Source of the DNA: Balanoglossus misakiensis
Taxonomy: Eukaryota > Animalia > Hemichordata
Direction of reading: 5' to 3'
Assembly: GCA_040954595.2 (NCBI GenBank)
Contig: CM082576.2
Span: 9,923,129 to 9,987,128 of the forward strand
DNA length: 64,000 nt
In this document: one piece after another, positions 39,272 to 51,786 of the stretch
Numbering within the stretch: position 1 is the stretch's first letter
Layout of the letters: every line of letters starts with the position of its first letter
Notes under the pieces: model-generated
What the model saw: only the letters and a program-made list of their open reading frames with translations
What the model was told of the DNA's origin: nothing
The model's database searches: none
Translations under genes and position numbers: made by a program

Positions 39272-41244
39272 AGCATAAATCATTTATTCACATAAAAATT
39301 ACCAGAATCATGTAAACAAGTTCATTTCCATCTGATATCAGGTACATTTTTCTTTCACAAGCCTATTTAAAGCAGAGTGCTGATTATAATCTTGATTTCA
39401 GGTTTTGAGTTTTGTGATTTTCATGTTTCACATCCTAAAATTTCCCGTCAAACACAAATTAAACAATTTTATACATAAACACATCCAAGATCTACATTTT
39501 TTTGTTCCCAAATTTCATCCCAAAATCTTCACCACATTAAAATTTCTCGATTCAGATGTATTAATTACACATCATTTGCGCGACCACGCCTAATGAACAA
39601 CGTGTCACAATCATTGCAATCATTCATACAAACAAAAATACGAAAATAGCTGCCAAATACTTGACACTCAGTCGACATACACCACACCTAAAATTTCTGA
39701 ATCATCAATGATGAATTGTTTGTGCACATCAAACTGTCAACCTGGATATTTTGAGATATGATGAATTGAAAAAGAAAATCTGTCACTCATAGATACAATG
39801 TATGACAATGTATCCATACTTGCAAACAAGGAATTATTACCCGTGCAAAGAATTGGAAAACTGGGGGCACTACATGATATACTTATCTCGAGAAAAGCAA
39901 ACTAAGTTGAGGATTTTCTTGAAACTGAGACAAGCATCCTATTTAGTTACTATAAATCCACTGCAAGGATAGCTGCCATTAAAGATGCCAACAAGTTGAT
40001 AGTTACTATAAATAAGTCTTTGAACTTTGACCCCTGTTAACCTATGACATCATCTCCCCCTTCAATAGGATTAACAAGGAAAATTCATTTCTCTATTTCA
40101 AGCATTTTTTCTCTCCAGCAGAACAAACAATGAGAAAAATAAAGCGAACTGCAAAGAATAGACATTGCAACAGAATAATAAATTCAAGTAAACTGACCAG
40201 CTGCTAAGTCCAAATTCGGCAAAACGTTACTTCTAATACAGAAAGCCTCAGAGGTTTTGAAAACATATTAAAATCACCTAAATTCAGAATGTACATTAAA
40301 CAGCGGAAACTGCAACTCAGTATTGTTTGTGTCTAATCATACTCAATATTCACTAATAACGTCGTACCAGCATTGATAGCACGTTACATCCAGCATCTTC
40401 TGCCAGAAGGACAGTTTATTGCTATTTTTGGAGAATCCAAAATATCTCATTTGTGTATAATAATTGTACTGTTTACAAGACAAAACCATTCCATTTTGGA
40501 TGGGTGCCCTTTAAACTGCATGCCAACACTCAGATGTCATTGTCATCAAAAACGCACAAATTGCCAAAAGTTTTATTAGACCATAATTACCCTAATTAAT
40601 ATGCAAATTACTTCTAACATGGTCCATACACTCCATGGACTCCAAAGTAATTAATTCTCTGTAAAAATAAATTAATCAGGGTCTATTGCCTACATCACTA
40701 TTCATCAGATATGCTTATTGTTGCCATGACGAGAAGGATGTAGAAAGTGTGATGATGGTTGAAAGCTTGGATGCAAATGGTGACACTGAAATGTCACCGG
40801 AAGGCACAGAGCAGGGAGAGTCAGTGCGAAAGTGCGTGAATCTCGGTTAAAGGTATACGGTCACCTATGCAAATTTAACCACTGTTGATAGGGTTGACTA
40901 AGGGTGCATGCATAGCTGTGCTTTAGCTGCCGGAAAAGGTTTGACACTACGAAACGCTGCATCGAAGATCCCGGTGAGTTCTGAAAGCTGCCATCTTGAA
41001 AGTCTGATATCACTAGTGTAGCACCGCAAGGTTTTACAACAAAGTTTGTGCGCTGAGCTGGAGGCTGAAGCTTCGTGGTGCGTTGAGTTTTTATGTAGGT
41101 CAGAGTTCAAATGGTATTTGTTGAATTCAGCCACGCCTTAAACTGGCCTGACTCAATCAACTACTGGATGAAAGGGATCGTTTACCACTCCCTGAGAGGG
41201 TGCACCACTGTTCTTCAGCCTTTTGCAACTTCAGATATGTAATA

Positions 41245-44200
41245 TCACTTCTTTGGCTTCGTCTCATGTTCTCTGGAAGTTTCTATGAATTTCCTGCAGG
41301 AGGTAAAAACACCAGGATCAACATTAAAACGATACTCTCTCCTTAAGATCTTCAAATGAAATCAATACTTTGATATCGAGTGATGTGAAACGACATCAGC
41401 CTAATTTTCATTGAGTGAAATTTTGTTAAAGTTTACGTTGAAAACGTTCACCTATCTTTGCAGCATTGAGAATTTCACCCCCGAAAATTCAGAAGCCATG
41501 AGTGAAGGAAGACTGACAACATCATAAATGATTTTGGTGGAAGCATGTTTATGACTCCAACTCTTTTGGCAGCACTCAGGGATGTCTAGTTTTAATTTCA
41601 TGATGTCACTCACTGTATTAAACGTGGCAGCTCAGCAGCTCTGCAGATGTGTTTGTGTCCAAATCCTCTCTCTGCCCGAAAGGCGAAAAATTTAATTTCA
41701 CCAGCTCCATCAGGACGATTGGTACCAACATGCATTGCCAACTGCAATAGAGAGAGAGAGGAGGGGGAGAGAGAGAAAGAGATGTGAAATTCATAGTTGA
41801 CTGATGACCACTCTTCTTTCGTATTTGATATTTATCATGTGTCAGGTCATATCAGTGAAGGCTATGTTTTCATAAATGAAAAGTAGAGTATAATTAATTT
41901 AAAATATCGATATCAATTTTTAGCATCACTAGTACTTATGTCATCAATGTGAAAATCCATTTAAAAAGCATTGTTTTAATCACACCATCTGGCAATGGGG
42001 AATGGTGTGTGAAAAGAAGCAGATGTCTCACCTTTTCGCCCATCTTGAAGGGTACGATGAGGTCATCCATTGCATGGGCAATTAATATTTTACACAAAAC
42101 ATAGTTAATGCTGAAACAAAGATAACAGAAAAAAGGTAGTTATTTTGCAAAATAAATGTGGCAAGCAATGATTTTTCTTTAACTGGAACGTGTATTACAT
42201 TGATATTCAAATTGTACAGAACTCTCATTTGAGCAGGATCTACTTTTCGGTCAGTGAAATATGAACCGACATCCTTCCTCGTGGAGACAGAAACAAGAAA
42301 CATAAAATGTGCAGAAATAAATTGGTCATCTCCTGCTTGACCATTGCTGAAACACTGCCAACTTTTATAAGCGTATTAGGTTTCCTTTTCGGACTACAAA
42401 TAGCATTTATTGCCATGGTTGGGCCAATGCCTTGACAACTCACATGTACTAGCTTTGGCTGCAAATGAGATGATCAGTCAAATAAAAACTTAGTTTTTTT
42501 CTGTCACCTGTAAATAAATATTGATGGTCAGATTGGAGTTCTTTATTTCTATTTCTGTAACATTATTTTGTCAAAAATAAAAAAATGTTCAAAGGTATGG
42601 CTTAAAACAAATGAAACTTGTAATTGGCCCTGGGACACTGGTATACCCGTATGAGCAAGACTGATATCATGTCCTGGCAAGTGTTTTCGCATATTCCAGT
42701 CGCACAAACAACTCGTTACTTGCACTTGTTTCAGTCAGCCTATGACAAATGCTATAGCAATCGTAACATCTTGAATCATCTTTTGTTCATTCATGGACAG
42801 TGGTGTCAAGACACCATGGGGTATAACAATGGCTATTTAAAACAGCAAACAAATCAAACTGGTATCCCAAATGTCTCTATGCCTCTATGTACAGAGGTAT
42901 TGAGAGTGGACATGGTTCGTTGTGTGGGGGAAGGGACCACATGGGACCATGACTGAGAGAAGAGTATGAAACAGCTCTGTCCTGTCAACATCCCTACGCT
43001 GTACACCCCCTGCCTGCAGACCTGGGTTGTACCCCCTGCCTGCAGAATAATTGGATTAGAACTTCTGTTTGACAATTGCTAACACCCTCCCCACAAATCA
43101 TGTATTAATCCCCCCTACACACACAAAGTGAGAGTAAAACTTTAAACATCAGATTAGATTAGATTAGATTAGATTAGATACAAAGTGTTGGTGAATGTTG
43201 GTTGAGGGCACACTCCAACAGAAAACACCTTGGCTGCACTCACCACTTCATTATGTACTGCTGATTACATATTGAAACTTTAAACAATGCAACAGGACGT
43301 CATTGAAGAGGGCTCCTCCAATGAAAGCAACATCATGTGAGTCATCTTTTGTATAAAAACAAAAACAAACTTAACACCACGCCCCTGAAAGACAACACTG
43401 CAAATACAAAATGTACTTACTTTTCGGTTGAATTGAAATGTACTGAAGTTTCTTCAAAGGCATCTAAAAACAGCCAGTCAAAGTACGGCCAGAACTTCCA
43501 GAACTGAGACAGGGAAGAGATAAAATACACACACAAAGAAGTTTAACTTCCAAAATACTCAAATGTTCAATGCACATCGACTGTATGGTCACAAATTACA
43601 AGCCACTGATTTGATCACAGTCACAGAATATACACTAATCTCATTCCATTGTCGCTGTTTATTGGATTATCCAGTCTCTTATGTTTTTCTACCAATTGAT
43701 AAATGAAGCCTGCGGATGTGTAACTTGCAGTGGCCCACACCCTAATGCTCACAACTGTGAGCTGTATATTACACAAACATGTAATCCACTGAGTAAGAAG
43801 CTTACTTCCTTGTCCTTGTGACTTAAACTTTGTGTGCACACCCTGGTGTTAGAAAAAGTCTTAAGTTGCTTTTGTAAACTTTATATGTCTGACAGCCTTG
43901 AATGGTGTATGAGTTCTACAATGTCAGTGTCAATATTTGTGAATTACTGGGAGTTTTGCTTCTGATTACTGATAACACTGCAAACTCTTGGTTGAGGTGT
44001 AAGAATTCTGTCAATAAAGTCGCTTTTAGCACCTTCTTGGTAGTACAGCATCATTTGATATCTGAGTACCCTACTCATAACATTGCTAGTACTGTTCAGG
44101 CCCGACACCCACAGAAAAGCTGACAGTGAGAGGGCTCCTGATGTGTAGCCTTATCATTGGAGAGCTAATGTTAGAACAGTAATGGGCATGGCAGGCGGGT

Positions 44201-47200
44201 CACAATGTTACTTTCACTGCACAATGAAGGATTATCAGGAGACATTATCTGTGTCATCACTCCACAGCAGCAGTGAACAAACTCACACAAGAGTGACACT
44301 AATGAGGTGAAGCCCCACACGGCTAATGGCTTCATTTGACACAACATGTTATGACAGGATATCAACTATTTTTAGAGTCATGAGGATTCATTTCTCACTG
44401 TTTCTCTCTCTTGCACTCCAGAGGAACCGTTTTACTAAAAACATGCCATTTTAAGCCCTCCAGGGCTTGAAGGCTCGTCAACGCTAATTGTAGGTCAGAA
44501 TAACAAGGCCTTTTCTCAGAAACTAATGACTGTAGTGTCATAGGGGAAGGGATTGTGACGTTTGAAGAGGGACTGTGATTATGCCACGCTCTCAGCACAT
44601 CTACCTGAGCAATCCATCCAGGAAAAAAAAAAATATAATTAAAGTGCAAGGAAGTCGCATATTTAAGTGATCAACAATGAATGAATAATCATGATTGTGT
44701 TGGGTTGTTTTTTAGTTTTTAATGAGAACACAATCCAAGCACGGTTGTGTTTACATCATTTGCCGTTTTTTTTTTTATTTCTTGGTATTGATTGGAAGTT
44801 CTGGAGAAAATGAAATATGAGGGTGCCCCTGGTTGTGCAGTCAGAGGTGAATACCGGTAGTCAGAATCAAGGTTAGTGTCAGTGTTATGGGTGCAATGTA
44901 TGAATCACAAATGCAAACGAGTTTGTGGTATTTAAATCTATTTTCCTGGTCAGACAGACGGACACTGAACCTGAACATATACAGACAGACAGACAGACAG
45001 ACAGACAGACCTTACCCTTGATAAAGGATGACTACTAGCTGCCTCTTTGATGTCACTTAAAGGGGATTCCAGTATAAGAGCATTTGGACATTCATCTGGA
45101 AGGGGAAAACAATGACATGAAGTTACTGACAAGCAAAATAAATAAGTGTAATACAATCAATATCAATATTGATATCAATATAGATAGATTCTACAATTCA
45201 CAGCCACTCCTAAACTTTTGTTCCCAATATGTACATATCTATGCATGACGATGACCTTTCATACAGTGACCTCCATACCACATGCCCTTATATTTGAGAT
45301 AATGTATTTTTATGGGTAATTATGATGAATTGTACTAGCAATGAATTTCATTTGTGATAACACAAAAATAGAACCATGAGTAGCGGGTACTCAATCATTG
45401 GGTATATCAAGAGTAATAGTGTAGACAGCGAGATATTTTCCTGTGGCAGTTTTAATTAAAGTTGTTGTTTTTTCCGTTTGTCTCTGTTCCTGGAAAAACT
45501 GCTGTTATAAGCTAATACAGAAAAAAATCCCAGTGATTTCCTGTGGTGTAAGATAGTGCTAGGAATATCTAATGAAAGTACATGTAGTTAGCAATGAAAG
45601 ACCCTTTTTATATCATGATGACACAACATGTCATTTCTTAAAGTAAACACATTTTCCATTATACAACTTATATACCAATTCTGTGTCTTTTATAAAATGA
45701 GATATAAATATTGACAATTTAATTGGGATTGGTACTATTGACAAATTAGCCATCTGTGAGTAAAATTTAATATTGATTCTATATTGAACACTGTCGGTGA
45801 CAATAATGGATATGAATCCGTCCAATACATTTTGTAACAATTCATGAAATTTAAAATCTGATCAATTGATTACCACTAATATGTTCCACTCCTTTTCTAG
45901 AACTTACAATAATCCTAAGGGTGATGTTGATTATGTGCAAAAATATTTACCTTTTTCACAGAGCTTTCTGGCAAGAGCTGTGGCAACTCTGAAATAACGA
46001 GGAAAAGTACATCAAAATAAGATTAATCAGATTAAAATATGATATGTAACACTTCAAGGAAATCATTTTTAAAATCTAAAAGGAAAATGGAAACTGCTAT
46101 ATCAAATTACCAGATTTCCTGTCATGGGCGATTCTCTGAAATGAGAGAAGGTAAATCTACAAATGTCCATGTTTCGACACAGAGGGCGCTATTTCAAATT
46201 CTCACATTGTGGTACCAGCAGTGATGTTTCTGATTTGATATTTGAACAGATTTTGGAACAGATAAAATTAGAAAGTTGCACAAGTTAATCATGTAACAGC
46301 CTCTTCACACATACATTTTTGAAAAATAGGGATAATAGCACTATTTCTTGGATGACAGACAAACCCTACACTGCTAGTGCACAATTGTCTTTATGCTATC
46401 CCAACATTTTAGCAAACTCACTGACAGACTGACTGATGAATTTTAGAGATAGACAATGAACTTACGCAGTGCCTAATGAGTGGCCATACAAAACGACTTT
46501 TGAATTCCCAACTTTAGGCTTCAGCCACCGATACATGACCTGTGCATCTTGCAGCACCCCTGCACCATCAGCCCTGCCCGTTGAATCACCGTATTCTGGA
46601 TGTAGAAAAATCACAATGAAAACATTAATATGCATCTTGGAGGAAAAGCACTGGGAAGAAAGTTGGCATACTCCTTTTAGTGTGTCTTTCAGCAGCAAGA
46701 CATTGCTAACATTTTTTGTTGAGTCTCCCAGCAAAGCAAAATCTTTCAAGATGACATCCTGATGAGCTTTTGTTCAAACGGAATCATCAAATCCATAATT
46801 TTCCTTTTAATCAACACAGTATGGTTCAACCCAGGTTGTTTTTAATGTGGATCGTCCCAAACACATAAAAGCTTACCTCTGTAATCAAATGCTACGACAT
46901 GAAACTCCTTCTCAGCTAACAAATTATACAGCTCTATGCGGTGATATGTGGCTCTATGATAAAAATGAAACACACATCTTTTTGTGCAGTGACGTTTTTA
47001 TCATTGTGTATCTGATGGCGTGGGTTGCTTACCTCGATAATCAAAGGCAATTACATGGTAGTTAAGTCCAGCTAAAATGTTATAAAGTTCAATGCGATGA
47101 TCCCGTGCCCTGGAGTAAATAAGAGCAACAGGAATGTACATGTAGGAATGTGACGAATAGACAAATGATTCGTTTGAAATTGTGTCAAGAACAAAATGAG

Positions 47201-49151
47201 GAAAATCCAATCTCTACCATTTCATATCCCAGCTTTAGATATAAATATTCAGCCTTTTTGTTCTCATATCAGGCTATTAAAACAGTTACAAATGTCATAA
47301 AAACTAAACTAAGGGTAAGTGGACCATAGACTGACAATGCCACTGAACTTGTTCAGTGAAAGTGTCAGTATATCAGTGAGTCGAGTTATGAACTTGACCG
47401 TGATTTCATCTGCAAAATTTTCAAGATATTTTCAGTCATATGAACAGGAAGAGATCATTGTACAGATTGACACAACCTTTATTAACAGTCATGTACATGT
47501 CATGAAGTGTGACCAAACAGTGCAGTGATCGTTGTCATGGAAACACAGGATGCACTCTCTGAACCACTTCCCCTCAAGACCCCACACACAGTCACCCTAA
47601 TTAACAGTGAATGCACACAGGACACTAAAAGAACAACAAGGCCGATGACCTCCAAGTTTGATTGGTGTTGCCGTGCCTACCTGTTTCCTGAGTTGCCATG
47701 GAAATATAAAATGACAGGGTTGTCATCCCCCAGTGCATTTTCAAAGAATTCTGTTGTTTTCTCATGTCCACTCTCTGATAGGCTCTTCGGTAAGACTTGC
47801 CTGTGTGTAAGAAACCACCCCTGTTAAACAATCTGAAGTTTACTGTGACAAAGAATACTGTATCAGGAAAATCGTGATCACAGGCGGATTAACCATCAAC
47901 ATTCTGTTGGCTTCCTCACTCATTAATCATCATGTGAAACTTTGATTTGAAGGACAAGAGACGACTCAATAAAATTTGTCACAGAAGTTTGTGAGAACTG
48001 TTTTCATTTTGGTTAAAACTACATGATCTTAAAGGTTGATCCACTTCTATGCATCACTTGTACTTCATTGCAAACCTGGACAGAAAATACACTGGGCATA
48101 AATGGAAATGTCAATGCGATGCGAACAAACTCTAGGTGTACTTGCCAGACTCCTAGCGTGACGTCATCAGTTGACTGCACATGTATGTTTCGACCTCCAG
48201 TGATGTTGTACTTTTCAGGGTGATCAAATTCAACATAGTAAGGCCATCTCACTGAAAATAAAATGACAGCGTGACTCACACTATGGTAATATTTTCAATT
48301 CTATATTTTGTGCATTTTTAAATTGTCATGATATGAGACTGATGTAATGCATACCGCTACAATGCTAAGTGCAGAAAGTAGGATAATAAAAACACTGGCT
48401 AACTAGCTGACTGATTGTTTCCTGAGTTGTACAAGAACATACCTTTACTGAGGAAAATAAGTTCTCTTGGTACGATAGGAACTGTGTGCAGTACAATCGG
48501 AAAAGCCAGATATCCTATCAGTATTATTAGCAGGATGGACTTCACTAGTGTAAATAGCAGCCCCAGGAGGCTGAATCTGTAAATAATAAATAATAATAAT
48601 TTTAATTTTATTGCAAAATAAATGTGACAGGCCGAGTTTCAACACTATGTATATGATATTAATTACTGTCGACTTCCCATGAACAGGGAGGCAAGTTTAC
48701 TTCCATCATGTGAATTCTACATCAATATGTTGTGCACGCACAATACATTGTATACTAGTACTATCAGTGACCTCAATACATAACACGTGACATGACAGTT
48801 ACAGATAGTTTAGTGTGCACTTGTCGAATGTCATCTATTGGTCAGTGCAGTGCAAGTTTCATGCAATTTGCACGGTGCCAAGGTAGTGATGTTTCAGTTG
48901 AGAACATTCAGAGTATCACTTCTATATGTCACCCATGCCATATCAATGTATGCTGGATAATATATTAAAGTGACATTGAATGAGTGAATAAAACTACGTG
49001 TGCAGTTTATGCATGATACACTTCCCGGTTCCCATCCCATGTAGTCGATCGAGTCCTACCTTCGACGAGGCGTCTTCGGTTTCTCCTGCGCCGGTTGCTT
49101 TATCGGTTTTTCCTCTACGTTCCCGGTCTTTTGTACGCTTCTTTGTCTCAT
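41245..49151 (-). CDS. ABHD12: Lysophosphatidylserine/monoacylglycerol lipase ABHD12 (12 coding exons)
   Basis: Approximate exons 49151-49060, 48576-48443, 48251-48146, 47800-47681, 47109-47033, 46595-46466, 45987-45950, 45095-45016, 43503-43421, 42109-42032, 41741-41614, 41293-41245. Features: N-terminal TM helix, LGVW, ILYFHGNSGNR, nucleophile YGHSLGTAV, LILESP, HAMDDLIVPF (Asp) and GFGHKHI (His). Confidence 0.93.
43150..43179. repeat. (AGATT)n repeat
   Basis: Directly visible. Confidence 0.9.
44981..45010. repeat. (AGAC)n repeat next to an ABHD12 splice donor
   Basis: Directly visible. Confidence 0.9.
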
Positions 49152-49544
49152 GGTTGCACACGCCGGTTTGTTATCCCTTTGCTGAAGTTTCAGGGCAGTT
49201 CGACTTCGTCTCGCTCTGCTGTCTATGTCGTTGGTATGTGGGAACGGCCTCCACAGAGTGCAGAGGTGAAAGGTCACGATATGGCTTCATTTGTAGTACA
49301 TACTTTCAAGACGAAATGTCAAAAATTGACAAATATGACACAAAAATAAATCATACGAACACAATATATGGTCACAAAATAATTTATATAGCAATACTAA
49401 AGTCAATACGTATGCTAATAATTGTATTAATGTTGATCAAATACAACATATTTGTGAAGAACCCACGAACTTAAAATCTACCCATGACAAAGCAGGGCGA
49501 GGTAAATTCAAAACATCATCGTGTATTCCCGCCAACGCATCACC
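49152..49544. promoter_or_regulatory. Bidirectional promoter region ABHD12/GINS1
   Basis: Divergent start codons ~400 bp apart; E2F-like TTCCCGCCAA at ~49526 just upstream of the GINS1 ATG. Confidence 0.65.
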
Positions 49545-49553
49545 ATGGCTAAG

Positions 49554-51786
49554 ATGTTCGGCGAAAAAGCCCTGGAACTCATACGACAGCTTCACCGGTC
49601 GAATGAAGGGAATCTGCCTCCGTTTAATGTATGTTCGTCGTGTCTTTATTTCTGTAATTAGTGAAAGGGATCGTGAATAAACAATGATTCGTGCACCATT
49701 CCGGAAGGAGGAATTGATTGGGACTCGAGATGGGTTTCTTGACTCGGTTTTATAGATAATAATCCTTGCCCCTGGCATAAAGTGGGCGGATCATAACTCT
49801 TATAAACAGCATAGGATTCCATGGATATAGTCCTTTATGATACGTAATCTTCTTGTCTGCTTTTTTAACATGCAAGTAAAAAAAAGGAATAGGTGTACCT
49901 ACTAGAATTAATATCCCCTGTATACACATTATGATTACATGCATCTATAAGTATGACTACATCTATATTTGATTACATATAGGATGATTGCCTTAGACAA
50001 GTCCTTGAAGAAATGCGAGCTTTGTACGAACAAAACCAGGCAGATGTGTAAGTCTTGCATGCTTTTTCCACACGCATTTTGTACTTTGTGTCTTAAATAA
50101 ATGTATATGTTATACATGTATAAGACAAAGGAAAACATACTGACATTTACATAAAGTTAGTAAAAAAAGCACCAAGTACACAAACTAACATCAGGGGTGA
50201 TATAAACACAAACCCTTCTCAGTAGACTTCTTATTGTTATCTTCATGTCCATTACATTAATACAGTATCTATATATATTTTTTTTACAAAAGAAAGTTGT
50301 GATTGTTGCTCTATTCTTTGTCTTTGATCTTAGGAGTGCGACAGTTGCAGGAGAGGAGGGATTATTTTCCGGGGTGCAGTTGCGGCATGCCAGTCTGGAA
50401 AGGGACAAGCGATGTTTACTGGCATACCTGTAAGTCTTATCTGGTTTGGTTGATCTACAGGGCTGTCCTCATCAAGTGTGACGAGCATATGATTATCTTT
50501 TAAACGTTGGGTTTTAGTTGCATTTGTTGTTTTTGGTCGGGCAAAAATCTACTTCTCAAAAACAGCTCTGCAACTCCATGACGCTGATGCCCGTTTGATC
50601 TTCTCTGTTGCCAGGTACAACAGACTTGGAAGAATCCGCAGCATGAGATGGGAATTTGGGAGTGTACTACCCCAAGACATCAAATCCAATATGTCTGAAC
50701 AAGAGGTAATAGTATGCCTTTCTCAATGCTATGTTCTTCATAGGAAATAGAATTGTGGGCATACTCTTATTCAGTACAAATGATTTACTTAGAGTAGACG
50801 TGGCAACAACCACAGAATCGAATCCAAATTTTCCAATCTACATGTATCCCAAGTCAAATGGCATTAACATCTGTGAATGCGGCTCATATTTTAGAACAGT
50901 AAATGAATCTTGATAATATTGGCACAGTTCATCTCTGGCCGTCAACACCTACAACTGGCAGTGTATATTAATGAATACTTTGATCACATATGCAGGTAAC
51001 CATGCTTATTAGTTTACTGTGTTTCCGCTGGTACATTACAGGGACAGTGGTTTGGAAAGTACAGCAAATCGCTGGCTAAGTACATGAGAAGTCTTGGGGA
51101 TGAAGGACTAGACCTGACACAGGTCAGTATTGCAGGATAACTTTACATGCTTTTGCAAGATGCATTTTGTCATCACCACATAACTGATTGTTCATCAGTC
51201 ACAGACTTTTCACTATACGTGTATAACTACACAGCCACTGAGAATTCTGTTGGGTATGAATTGCTTGATTACGCTGTCATTCCCGATATCATGTTATTGT
51301 GTTGTTACTACAGCTTTAAATGACAAAAAATTGTATTTATTTTACAGGACATGCAACCACCTAAATCTCTGTATATTGAGGTATGTTACACCTACCATCA
51401 GTTTTCTGTCCAGTGCAGACTTTTTGTATGATTACCTAAAACTGCAGTGATGAGCTATGTGATGTCTGATGAAATGTTTCTTTGACCTCTAGGTGAGGTG
51501 TCTGGTTGATCATGGAGAATTTGAAACCGAAGATGGAACAGCTATTTTGTTGAAGAAAAACAGTCAGGTAAGAGCAAACACTTGTCTACTCTCATCTGGA
51601 ATATTCAGTTTTCTGACGTGTGGTTGTTTTTTCATGTTTAATACAACAGAAGAGAACTTTTCTGACATGACAAAACTCAGATGTGGCAGATACTTTCACA
51701 TTTTGTTTTTCCCCTTCCAGCATTTTCTCAGGCGGTCACAGTGTGAACATCTTATTAGACAAGGAATACTGGAACATATTCTCTGA
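49554..51786 (+). CDS. GINS1: DNA replication complex GINS subunit Psf1 (8 exons, ~193 aa; alternative in-frame ATG at 49545)
   Basis: Exons 49554-49628, 49983-50047, 50334-50429, 50615-50705, 51042-51122, 51348-51380, 51493-51567, 51721-51786. Reads MFGEKALELIRQL...RDKRCLLAYLYNRL...RWEFGSVLP...[20 protein letters not shown]...LLKKNSQHFL...CEHLIRQGILEHIL. Confidence 0.96.
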
